A stretch of DNA of 64,000 nucleotides from Ardenticatenales bacterium (GTDB taxonomy: Bacteria; Chloroflexota; Anaerolineae; Epilineales; Epilineaceae), in NCBI GenBank assembly GCA_020853525.1, contig JADYYS010000039.1, positions 76,587 to 140,586 of the forward strand, given 5' to 3'. The translations under genes and the position numbers were made by a program. A model generated the notes under the pieces. The model was not told the origin of the DNA. It did not search any database and worked only from the letters and a program-made list of their open reading frames with translations. This document shows positions 10,001 to 18,349 of this stretch, in pieces (position 1 is the stretch's first letter; the number at the start of each line of letters is the position of its first letter).

Positions 10001-11118
10001 CCGCAGCCGCCGCGCGGGCCGTAGCGCAGGCCGACGAGCGGGCCGCCGCCTTGGCCGTCACCGCTGCCGCCGATGCGCTGCGGCGGGCCGAGCGGGTCTG
10101 GATCGGCACCCACGTCGATCCGGACGGCGACGCGATCGGCAGCGCGCTCGGGCTGGCCCACATCCTGCGCTCTCTCGGCAAGGTGGTAACGGTGGCCTGC
10201 CAGGATGCGCCACCGCGCGACGGGATCTGGCTGCCGGGGGCCCACGACATCGTGGCGTCGGGTCCGGACGGGCATCCGGCCGCACACGGAGGACATGCGA
10301 CCGCGCATGGGAGGCATCCGGCCGCGCACGGGAGGCATCCGACCGCGCACGGCGGACATGCAACGGCCGCCGCTGCGCCGTACGACCTGGCCGTCGCCGT
10401 GGATGCCGGCGACGCCGGTCGCCTCGGGACGCTGCACGCGGCCGACACCTGGGCGGCGCAGCCGACGCTCGTGATCGACCACCACGTCTCCAACACCGGC
10501 TTCGGCGACGTGGACTGCATCGTGCCGAGCGCGTCGTCGACGTGCGAGATCCTGCTCGCGGTGGCCGATGCCTTGGGGGTTCCACTCACCGCGGAGGCCG
10601 CGACGTGCCTCCTGTGCGGCATCGTCACGGACACGATCGGCTTCCGAACGCCGTCGACGTCGGCGGCCACGCTGGCCTCGGCCGGCCGACTCGTCGCCGA
10701 CGGCGCCGACCTGGCCGAGGTGGCGCACCGCGTCTTCCTCAGCCGCCCGCTGGCCGGCCTCCGCCTCGAGGGCCGCGCGCTCGATCGCCTCGTGATGGAC
10801 GGCCCGTTCGCGATCTCGTGGCTGTCCCTGTCCGACTTCGAGGGCCTCGGCGCCGCGCCCGAGGACGGCCGCGGCATCGTCCAGACGCTGGCGACGGCCG
10901 TCGAGCCGTTGGCCGTCGCACTGCTGCGCGAACGCCACGACGGCACGTTCGACGTGAGCCTCCGCGCGAAGAGCGCCGTCGACCTTGTGCCGGCGGCCCG
11001 GGCGCTGGGCGGCGGCGGGCACGCGCTGGCGGCCGGCGGGCGCACGCCCGGGCCGCTGCCGGCGGCGCTCGACGCGGTGCGGCAGGCGCTGGCGAAGCAC
11101 GTGGCGGCGGCGGAATGA
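9997..11118 (+). CDS. nrnA: DHH-family phosphoesterase NrnA-like (oligoribonuclease/pAp phosphatase) with His-rich repeat insertion
   Basis: ORF 9997..11118. DHH motifs HVDPDGDAIGS and LVIDHH are present, with a DHHA1-like C-terminal region. The GTG start overlaps the rbfA stop. It contains a (H-x-A-A-H-G-G/R) heptad repeat. Confidence 0.7.
   Translation: MTAAAARAVAQADERAAALAVTAAADALRRAERVWIGTHVDPDGDAIGSALGLAHILRSLGKVVTVACQDAPPRDGIWLPGAHDIVASGPDGHPAAHGGHATAHGRHPAAHGRHPTAHGGHATAAAAPYDLAVAVDAGDAGRLGTLHAADTWAAQPTLVIDHHVSNTGFGDVDCIVPSASSTCEILLAVADALGVPLTAEAATCLLCGIVTDTIGFRTPSTSAATLASAGRLVADGADLAEVAHRVFLSRPLAGLRLEGRALDRLVMDGPFAISWLSLSDFEGLGAAPEDGRGIVQTLATAVEPLAVALLRERHDGTFDVSLRAKSAVDLVPAARALGGGGHALAAGGRTPGPLPAALDAVRQALAKHVAAAE
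10269..10370 (+). repeat. about 21-nt tandem repeat x4.5 inside nrnA encoding His-rich heptads (GHPAAHG GHATAHG RHPAAHG RHPTAHG)
   Basis: Direct reading of near-identical units GGCATCCGGCCGCGCACGG(G/A)A. Confidence 0.8.
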
Positions 11119-12398
11119 TGATGACCGAGGATCCCGCTGGGCCCATGGAGTCGGTCGAGCCGAGCGACCCGATGGCGGCGCACCGCACGGACGGGGGCGG
11201 CGCAGCGAACGACGTCGCGAGCGGCGGCGACGACGCGGCGGGCGAAGTCGCGGGCGGCGGCGACCCGGCGGACGACGAAGCCGTCATCCCGTCGTGGGCG
11301 ACGCGGATCTACGCCGTGCCGAACGGCATCATGCCCTTGCCCGTGGCCAAGTCGAAGCCGCCGTCGCCCGCGTTGGCGCTTGCCGGCAACGGCCTCGCGC
11401 CCAAGAGCGGGATCCTGAACATCGACAAGCCCGCCGGGCGGACGAGCCACGACGTCGTGCAGGCCGTGCGGCGGGCGTCGGGCGAGCAGCGCGTCGGCCA
11501 TGCCGGGACGCTCGATCCGATGGCCACCGGCGTCCTCGTGGTCTGCCTCGGCTCGGCGACGCGCGTCGTGGACGACGTGCAGGCCTTCGTGAAGGGCTAC
11601 CGCGCCCGGATCACGCTCGGCAGCGCCACGGACACGTACGACGCCATGGGCCAGGTCACGTCCACGGGCGACGCCGGGCAGCTTGCGGCGATCGGGCGCG
11701 CGGACGTCGAGGCGGCGCTCGTGGCGTTCCGCGGCGAGATCGCCCAGGTCCCGCCGATGGTCTCGGCGCTGAAGCACGAGGGCAAGCGGCTGTACGAGCT
11801 GGCCCGCCGGGGCATCGAGGTCGAGCGGGCGGCGCGGAGCGTGACGGTACATGCCCTCGACATCCTGGACTGGTCGCCGCCGGACGTTACCGTCGATCTC
11901 CTGTGCTCCCGCGGTACCTACGTGCGCTCGATCGCGCACGACCTCGGCGCCGTGCTCGGCGTCGGCGGACACCTCTCGGCGCTCGAACGCACGCGGGTCG
12001 GACCGTTCACCGTCGACGACGCGACGTCGCTCGCGCGCGTCGTCGAGGCGTTCATGGAGGGCTGGTACGGGCACATCCTCCACCCGCTCGACACCGCGCT
12101 CGTCGCCTACCCGGCGATCGTGGCCGACGACGCCGTGGCGGCCGACATGCGCGCCGGCCGCCAGTTCGACGCCGCGCCGCCCGCCGACCACCGCCAGCCG
12201 CAGGTCAGGGTCTACCACTCCGGCGGCGCGTTCGTCGGCATGGCGCGCTGGGATGCCGTGACGGAGCGCTGGCAGCCGAGCCGGGTGTTCCCGCCTGCCG
12301 CCAACCAGGCCGCGGACCCGGTCGCCGACCCGGCCGACATCCAGTCCGACAACCAGTCCGACAACATTTCCGGCCATCCGGCCGACAGCAAAGGGTAG
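11115..12398 (+). CDS. truB: tRNA pseudouridine(55) synthase TruB with about 100-aa acidic/Gly-rich N-terminal extension
   Basis: Frame of ORF 9966..12398. ATG triplets at 11115-11123 overlap the nrnA stop as ATGA. The catalytic region ILNIDKPAGRTSHDVV...GHAGTLDP is present. An alternative start at ATG 11331 would remove the extension. Confidence 0.85.
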   Translation: MMMTEDPAGPMESVEPSDPMAAHRTDGGGAANDVASGGDDAAGEVAGGGDPADDEAVIPSWATRIYAVPNGIMPLPVAKSKPPSPALALAGNGLAPKSGILNIDKPAGRTSHDVVQAVRRASGEQRVGHAGTLDPMATGVLVVCLGSATRVVDDVQAFVKGYRARITLGSATDTYDAMGQVTSTGDAGQLAAIGRADVEAALVAFRGEIAQVPPMVSALKHEGKRLYELARRGIEVERAARSVTVHALDILDWSPPDVTVDLLCSRGTYVRSIAHDLGAVLGVGGHLSALERTRVGPFTVDDATSLARVVEAFMEGWYGHILHPLDTALVAYPAIVADDAVAADMRAGRQFDAAPPADHRQPQVRVYHSGGAFVGMARWDAVTERWQPSRVFPPAANQAADPVADPADIQSDNQSDNISGHPADSKG

Positions 12399-12404
12399 GC
12401 GACG

Positions 12405-13322
12405 ATGACGGACGACGGGCTGGGCCTGCCGGTCGCGTTGACGATCGGCAAGTTCGACGGTGTGCACCTCGGGCACCACGCGCTGTCGACGCGCGTGCGT
12501 GCCGTAGCACGCGATCTGGGCGTGAAGGCCGCGGCGGTCGTGCTCCATCCGGACCCGGCGACGGTGCTTGCGGGCCGGCGCGTGCCGGTGTTGACCTCGA
12601 TGATGGACCGGATGCAGCTCCTCATGGCCGACGGGATCGAGGCCGTCCGCTGGCTGACGTTCACGCCCGAGATCGCGGCGCTGTCGCCCGAGGCGTTCCT
12701 CGACGAGCTGGACGAGTGGTACGACGTGCAGGCCGTCGTCGTCGGCCCCGACTTCGCGTTCGGCAAGGACCGCGCCGGCACGCTTGCCGTGCTGCGCGCG
12801 CTCGGCGAGGCGCGCGGCTTCGACGTGCACGTCGTCGCGCCGGTGACCGTGGGCGGCGAGCGGGCGGCGGCCGGGCGGATCCGTGCGCTGCTGGCCGAGG
12901 GCGATGTCGCCCGCGCCGGTGCGCTCATCGGCCGCCCGTTCCGGGTGCGCGGACGTGTCGTCGAGGGCGCCAAGCGCGGCCGCACACTCGGCTTCCCGAC
13001 GGCCAACCTGGCGCTGGACGACGACTATCAGCTGCCGGCGAACGGGATCTACACCGTGCGCGCGCACCTCCAACTGCCGGACGGCCGCGAGCGGACGCTG
13101 GGCGGCGCGGCGAACATCGGCATCCGGCCCCACTTCGACGACGGCGACGCGCACACCGTCGAGGTCCACGTCCTCGATTGGGAAGGCGACCTGTACGGCA
13201 CGCCGATGGCCGTCGACTTCATCGCCTTCCAGCGGCCCGAGGCGCGGTTCGACGACGTGGCGGGGCTGATCGCGCAGATGACCGCGGACGTGGAACGGGC
13301 GCGCGGGGAGTGGGCGGGGTAG
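12405..13322 (+). CDS. ribF: bifunctional riboflavin kinase / FMN adenylyltransferase
   Basis: ORF 12405..13322. The FAD synthetase N-terminus (LTIGKFDGVHLGHHAL) and riboflavin kinase C-terminus (GFPTANL...) are both present. Confidence 0.9.
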   Translation: MTDDGLGLPVALTIGKFDGVHLGHHALSTRVRAVARDLGVKAAAVVLHPDPATVLAGRRVPVLTSMMDRMQLLMADGIEAVRWLTFTPEIAALSPEAFLDELDEWYDVQAVVVGPDFAFGKDRAGTLAVLRALGEARGFDVHVVAPVTVGGERAAAGRIRALLAEGDVARAGALIGRPFRVRGRVVEGAKRGRTLGFPTANLALDDDYQLPANGIYTVRAHLQLPDGRERTLGGAANIGIRPHFDDGDAHTVEVHVLDWEGDLYGTPMAVDFIAFQRPEARFDDVAGLIAQMTADVERARGEWAG

Positions 13323-13446
13323 ACGCGGTCCGCCTGCGGGCGCACCATTACGGAGTTGGACGCGGCGACGTGCGGACGGCACCTTCGGCACGGGTACGGC
13401 TCGCCCGGCGGTGCGACACGCGGCGAAGAGCGAACGGGAGGCCTTG

Positions 13447-14268
13447 GTGAACCCGAGATACGCCGGCTCATGTGCGACGCTCGCGATCGTGATCCTGACG
13501 GTCAGCAGGGTCAACGTTTGGGCCGCTCAAGGGTCATCGAGCGTCAGGCTGGCGGTTACGGCGGTGGACGGCTGGCAGGACACGGCGATCGACCTGGTCG
13601 ACGGCGAGGCGCTGGAGGTCCGCTACATCACGGGCACCTGGACGATCAACACCGCCGGCAACTGGTTCGATGCGGACGGCTATCCGGGCTACTACCCGCG
13701 CGACGTGCAAGGGGCCTGCGCCGAGGCAGCCCTGCCGGACGAGCAGAACGGTGCCCTGATCGGGCGCATCGGCGGCGGTCCGCCGTTCCTGATCGGGAAC
13801 CACAAGTCGACGGTGGCCGACCGTGCCGGTGCGCTCCTGATGCGGATGAACGACGCCGACGCCTGCCGCAGCGACAACGGCGGCAGGGTCGAGGTGCTCG
13901 TCGCCCACGGCGCGACAACCGCCGTGCCGCCGACGGCCTCGTCCGTCGAGACGGCGATGCCTGGGACCGCTGCCCCACGAACGGCCGTGCCCGCGCCGCC
14001 GACGCCGAGCGCCATGGTGCCCGCCCCGCCGCCCGGTGACGCCGTGTCCACCGACCTGCCGGCTCCCCCTGCGGTCGCGGGCACCTCCTCAGCGACGAGG
14101 ACGGCCGAGCAATCGGGCTTGCCGTCGCCCCCGCCCCCCGCGCGACTGCCAAGCACGGGCGGCTCGGACCGGACGCCGCAACAACTGGCACTCGTCGGGC
14201 TGCTGATCATGGTCGGCCTCGGGGCGCGCCGGTGGGAGCGACGACGACCTGCTCAACGCGGCAGTTGA
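13447..14268 (+). CDS. cell-wall-anchored (LPSTG) secreted protein with PA-IL/LecA-like lectin domain
   Basis: Frame of ORF 13411..14268. GTG at 13447 follows GGGAGG. There is a signal peptide (…ATLAIVILTVSRVNVWA|AQG). The domain GTWTINTAGNW…GALIGRIGGGPPFLIGN…GALLMRMNDADACRSDNGGRVEVLV matches the LecA pattern (GALVMKIGNSG…IYNDVPGTYGNNSG). After a Pro-rich stalk comes LPSTG + TM (LALVGLLIMVGLGA) + RRWERRR, a classic sortase sorting signal. Confidence 0.6.
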   Translation: MNPRYAGSCATLAIVILTVSRVNVWAAQGSSSVRLAVTAVDGWQDTAIDLVDGEALEVRYITGTWTINTAGNWFDADGYPGYYPRDVQGACAEAALPDEQNGALIGRIGGGPPFLIGNHKSTVADRAGALLMRMNDADACRSDNGGRVEVLVAHGATTAVPPTASSVETAMPGTAAPRTAVPAPPTPSAMVPAPPPGDAVSTDLPAPPAVAGTSSATRTAEQSGLPSPPPPARLPSTGGSDRTPQQLALVGLLIMVGLGARRWERRRPAQRGS

Positions 14269-14302
14269 CGGCCGGCCCGGAACCGACCTCGTGCGCCCGT
14301 CC

Positions 14303-15385
14303 CTACACAAACCCCATCCGCTTCGTCTCCGCCGCGCTCCGCCGCCAGTCCGGCCGGACGCCGACCTGCAGCTCGAGGTACACCGGCCCTTCGAGCATCT
14401 TCTCGATCTCCTGGCGCGCGCGCGTGCCGATCCCTTTGAGCACGGCCCCGCCCTTGCCGATCACGATCGCCTTGTGCCCCTCGCGCTCCACGAACAGCCG
14501 CGCCCCGATGACCGTCACGCCGTTGTCGCGTACCGCCCACTCCTCGACGATGACCTCGATGCCGTGCGGCACCTCGTCCTCCAAGAGGAAGAGCGCCGCC
14601 TCGCGGACGAGCTCGGCGACGAGCATGCGATCCGTCTGGTCGGAGATCTGATCGGCCGGGTAGTACAGCGGCCCGGGCGGAAGCTGGGCGGCGATGAGCG
14701 CCCACAGGCGATCGAGGTTGTGGCCGCGCGTGGCGATCGTCAGCTCCCACAGCGCGCCGTCGCCGGCGAGCGCCGTGAACGCGGCGACGCGCGCCGCGAC
14801 GTCCTCCGCCGCGAGCCTGTCCGTCTTGTTCAGCGCCAGGATCGTCGGCCGCCCCGCCCGGCGCACCATCGCCCCGACGCGCTCGTCCAACGCGCGCGGC
14901 GGCACCGAGGCGTCGACGACCCAGACGACGACGTCCGCATCCGGGATCGCGTCGCGGGCCACCTTGACCATGTAGCTGCCCAAGGGCGTCCGCGGCCGGT
15001 GGATGCCCGGCGTGTCGACGAAGATCGCCTGCGCCGCGTCCGTCGTGCGGATGCCGAGGATCCGGCGGCGCGTCGTTTGCGGCTTGGGCGACACGATCGC
15101 CACCTTGTCGCCGACGAAGGCGTTCATGATCGTGCTCTTGCCGACGTTCGGCCGGCCGACGACGGCAACGAAGCCGCTGCGGAACACGCCGTCGGACGGC
15201 TCGTCGGCACGACCGAAGATGGATGCGAGGACATCGTCCGCGTCGGCGGGCGCGATCGCCTCGTACAGCTCGGCGAGGTCGGAATGCGCCGCGTCGTCCG
15301 CCTCGTCATCGTCGTCCGACAAGGCGTCGGCTTCGTCGACGACGTCGACGTCGGTTGGGTCATCCATCGAAGGATCATCGGACAT
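14303..15385 (-). CDS. era: GTPase Era with about 70-aa poly-acidic N-terminal extension
   Basis: Frame of ORF 14303..15481. The ATG at 15385 gives MSDDPSMDDPTD.... G1 is VAVVGRPNVGKST and a KH domain lies at the C-terminus. Confidence 0.9.
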   Translation of the reverse strand: MSDDPSMDDPTDVDVVDEADALSDDDDEADDAAHSDLAELYEAIAPADADDVLASIFGRADEPSDGVFRSGFVAVVGRPNVGKSTIMNAFVGDKVAIVSPKPQTTRRRILGIRTTDAAQAIFVDTPGIHRPRTPLGSYMVKVARDAIPDADVVVWVVDASVPPRALDERVGAMVRRAGRPTILALNKTDRLAAEDVAARVAAFTALAGDGALWELTIATRGHNLDRLWALIAAQLPPGPLYYPADQISDQTDRMLVAELVREAALFLLEDEVPHGIEVIVEEWAVRDNGVTVIGARLFVEREGHKAIVIGKGGAVLKGIGTRARQEIEKMLEGPVYLELQVGVRPDWRRSAAETKRMGFV

Positions 15386-15520
15386 GGCGCTGGCCTCGGT
15401 GCTCGTCGGCGGGACGAGAAAGCATAACGGCGGCGAGGGGGGAGACGTTGGAAGTATCCGGTGCGGCGAGAGGGCGGTCAACTGTGGTCGTGCCGCGGAG
15501 GCCGTCGGAGCCCCTCACCC

Positions 15521-15553
15521 CTCGACCTCCTCTCGACCTCCTCTCGACCTCCT
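15521..15553. repeat. perfect 11-nt tandem repeat x3 (CTCGACCTCCT; reverse complement AGGAGGTCGAG) in the era / 15566-gene divergent region
   Basis: Read directly from the sequence. It lies 13 nt upstream of the GGAG RBS of the gene starting at 15566. Confidence 0.8.
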
Positions 15554-15565
15554 GCGGAGCGACAG

Positions 15566-16819
15566 ATGTCCCGACAACCACGCAACGCGCTTGTCGCCAT
15601 GACCGCCGTGGTCCTCGCGACGACGCAGATCGTCACTTCCGCCGGCACCGCCGCCTCCCCCGGCCCGATCGACTACATCCCCGCCGATCTCACGGACTAC
15701 GCTCCCGTCGGCGTGCCGGACTTCTCGGCCTGTCGACCGGAGTGGAGCCGCCCCGCCGCCGAGGCGAACGGGCCCGGACAGTGGACGTTCAGCGCGCCCG
15801 TCGCCCTGGCCGACGCCCTGTGGTGGCTGGACTCGCGCGCCGAGCCGCAGCCCGCCGCGCCTCCCTTCGTACGGGACGGCCACGGCCTCGTCACGGCCTA
15901 CCCCGCCTTCGGGCCGCCCCGCGACGACCACGACACGGCGAACCTCGGGCCGCTCATCGACGACCTCGCCGGCCGGGTCAACACCGACAACCGCGGCGCG
16001 CCCGGCAACGTGCGCGGGACGCGATGGGAGGACTTCGTCGACGGTGTGGAGTCGTACGTGGCGACGCGGCGGCTCAAGCCCGGTTACGCCGTCGCCACGA
16101 CGCTGCGACCGACCGGGCTGTGGCTGCGCGCGCAGGCCGACCGGTCCGCCGGCGTCGTCGTGCTGATCGGCGTCTGGGAGCAGGCGGGCGAGGGGTGGCG
16201 CCGGATCGGCGGGCACTACGCCGCGCTGGCCGGGACGGACGCCGCCGGCGAGGTCGTCGCGCTCGCCGACCCGGTGTACGATCAGGCGGTCCGGCCCGAC
16301 AACGGCGGTCGGTTCGTCCCGACCGACGGTGCCGCGCACTCCTGCCGCAACGCGCCGCGCGCCCACGACGACGCCGGCGCCGTCAGCCACGACCGCTACG
16401 ACCTCTTCCCTCCTTCCGGCATGCCGGACGCCGCGTGGGCGCTGGCCGGCTATTTCCGCCCGGAGACGTTCGGCGAGGGCGCCGCGTTCGCCGGCCAGAA
16501 CCCGGCCGACCACCTGGCCGACGCCAGCGGCACGTGGCAGCGCGGCACCCTCATCGCCGTGCTGGACGCCGCCCTCGCGCTCCAGCCCCGCGGCGGCGGA
16601 TCGTCCGTCCCGACGGCGACGCCACCCGCCGCGACGGCCCCACCGACGCCGACGACGGCGCAGAGCGCCGAGCCGACGGATGCGCCGACCGCCCCACCGA
16701 CGCCGACGACCGGCGCGAGCCCGACCCGCGCGCGCCCGACGCCGGCGCCGATCGGGGGCCGGATCCAATTCGATCGCCTCTGGCTGCCGGCGCTGCGCAA
16801 CCAGAGTCGCAGGCGATAG
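15566..16819 (+). CDS. secreted hypothetical protein, possible papain-fold/C39-like peptidase domain, Pro/Thr-rich linker and C-terminal RLWLPALRN tag
   Basis: Frame of ORF 15461..16819. The ATG at 15566 follows GGAG and starts the signal peptide MSRQPRNALVAMTAVVLATTQIVTSAGTAAS. A candidate Cys (DFSACRPEW) and a GGHYAALAG motif suggest a C39-like fold, but this is a weak guess. The C-terminus reads PTPTTAQSAEPTDAPTAPPTPTT...GGRIQFDRLWLPALRNQSRRR. Confidence 0.55.
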   Translation: MSRQPRNALVAMTAVVLATTQIVTSAGTAASPGPIDYIPADLTDYAPVGVPDFSACRPEWSRPAAEANGPGQWTFSAPVALADALWWLDSRAEPQPAAPPFVRDGHGLVTAYPAFGPPRDDHDTANLGPLIDDLAGRVNTDNRGAPGNVRGTRWEDFVDGVESYVATRRLKPGYAVATTLRPTGLWLRAQADRSAGVVVLIGVWEQAGEGWRRIGGHYAALAGTDAAGEVVALADPVYDQAVRPDNGGRFVPTDGAAHSCRNAPRAHDDAGAVSHDRYDLFPPSGMPDAAWALAGYFRPETFGEGAAFAGQNPADHLADASGTWQRGTLIAVLDAALALQPRGGGSSVPTATPPAATAPPTPTTAQSAEPTDAPTAPPTPTTGASPTRARPTPAPIGGRIQFDRLWLPALRNQSRRR

Positions 16820-16823
16820 ACCG

Positions 16824-16860
16824 GCGAGCGGCGAGTGCGGCGAGTGCGGCGAGTGCGGCG
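16824..16860. repeat. 9-nt tandem repeat (GCGAGTGCG) x3 plus degenerate flanks, immediately after stop of the 15566 gene
   Basis: Read directly from the sequence. Confidence 0.7.
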
Positions 16861-16921
16861 CGATCGACGTGCGCGGCGACCTTAACGAAGGCCTCGCCTG
16901 CCGGATGCTATACTCGCGGCC

Positions 16922-18349
16922 ATGACTGACCTGCTCGCGCAAGCCGTGAATGCGGTGCTCGCCGTCGGCGTTCTGGCGATGACACCCACCCCGCCGCCCG
17001 CGGCCATCCCCGATCCGTCCGTCGTGATCGTCGCGAACGACGGCACGTTCTCGTTCGCCGAGCGCATCGCGTTTCGGCTCGAGGTCCGGTCCGACGCGCC
17101 CGTACAGGACGTCGTCCTGCGCTTCACGATCGGGGACGGCGAGGTGATCAACCGCCGCGTCCCGGCGTTCGAGCCCGGAACGCGCGTCGTGGCGCGGCAC
17201 GAGGAGCCGTCGCCGCGCGGGGCGATCCCGCCGACGAGCGAGATCCGGTGGTGGTGGGACATCGCCGTGGCGGATGGCGGGCGCATCCAAACGGAGCGAC
17301 GCACGCTGCGCTACCTCGATCAACGCTACGCCTGGACCAGCCGCGACGTTGCCGATGTGCGGCTGTGGTCCTACAGCCTCGACGACAAGGACGCCGAGGC
17401 GCTGGCCGCGTCGGCGGTCGCCTCTCTCCGGACGATCCGCGAGCGCGTCGGTCTCGCCGTCGAGCAGCCGGTGCATGTCGTCGCCTACGCCTCGCAGGCC
17501 GATCTGCGACCGTCCCTCCTCGGCCGCGGCGACGTGTACGAGGCCCGCCTGGCGACGCTGGGTGCGCGCGTCGCCGACGACGTCGTGGTCCTCGACGCCG
17601 GCAGCCGCAGCGTGGCGCTCGAGACCGTTCTGCGCCACGAGCTGTCGCACGTCGCCGTCCACCTCCGGATGGACGAGCCCTGGATCGACGTCCCGTCCTG
17701 GCTCGACGAAGGGCTGGCGATGTACCTCGAGGGCGGCTTCGGCACGCTCGAGCGCCGCGCCCTCGACCGCGCGATCCGCGACGACGCGTTGATGAGCCTG
17801 CGCTCGATGACGAGCTTTCCCGGCGATGCCGACCAGGTGACGCTGGCCTACGCGCAGAGCCGCGACGTGATCGCCTACCTGGTGGACACGCACGGCCGCG
17901 CCCAGCTGACCGCGCTGTTCGACACGTTGGCGCCGGGCGACCGGACGATCGACGAGGCGCTGACACAGGTGTACGGCTTCGACCAGCTCGGGCTCTATCA
18001 GGCCTACCGGCAGGAACGCGGACTCTCCCCCGCCGCAACGCCCCCGCCCGACGCCGTGCCGCCCGGCCTCGCCCAGCCCGCGCGCATCCGCCCAGGCCCT
18101 CCATCCGACGACGAACCGACGGTTGCCGCACTTCAACTTCAGCGCACCGGGCGCTGGTGGTGGTTCGTCCTGCCGGCCGCCGCGGCGCTCGTCGCGCTCG
18201 TCGGCCTGGCGCTGGTCGTCGTCCGGCCGCGCCGCCGCCCTGCAGCGATGCGCACGCCGCCGACAGAAGATCCGGGGGCGGCCGAACGATCGCCCACCAC
18301 GCTGCCGCAATCCGAAGATCCGGCATCGATTGAGAGGCCAACCGAATGA
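16922..18349 (+). CDS. membrane-anchored zinc metallopeptidase, peptidase MA-like (HEXXH...E)
   Basis: ORF 16922..18349. HELSH plus a downstream WLDEGLAMYLE third ligand match the Peptidase_MA_2-like pattern. A C-terminal TM helix (WWWFVLPAAAALVALVGLALVVV) and charged tail follow. Confidence 0.6.
   Translation: MTDLLAQAVNAVLAVGVLAMTPTPPPAAIPDPSVVIVANDGTFSFAERIAFRLEVRSDAPVQDVVLRFTIGDGEVINRRVPAFEPGTRVVARHEEPSPRGAIPPTSEIRWWWDIAVADGGRIQTERRTLRYLDQRYAWTSRDVADVRLWSYSLDDKDAEALAASAVASLRTIRERVGLAVEQPVHVVAYASQADLRPSLLGRGDVYEARLATLGARVADDVVVLDAGSRSVALETVLRHELSHVAVHLRMDEPWIDVPSWLDEGLAMYLEGGFGTLERRALDRAIRDDALMSLRSMTSFPGDADQVTLAYAQSRDVIAYLVDTHGRAQLTALFDTLAPGDRTIDEALTQVYGFDQLGLYQAYRQERGLSPAATPPPDAVPPGLAQPARIRPGPPSDDEPTVAALQLQRTGRWWWFVLPAAAALVALVGLALVVVRPRRRPAAMRTPPTEDPGAAERSPTTLPQSEDPASIERPTE

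Noticed and set aside
15521-16860. Short tandem repeats considered as a possible CRISPR array
   Set aside because: The units are 9-11 nt with no spacers. There are no cas genes and no repeat-spacer periodicity.
16329-16925. ORF 16329..16925 reading the 9-mer repeat as a GECGECGEC metal-binding peptide
   Set aside because: The ORF is an Arg/Pro-rich read-through in an alternative frame of the upstream secreted-protein gene. It has no RBS or start at the repeat.
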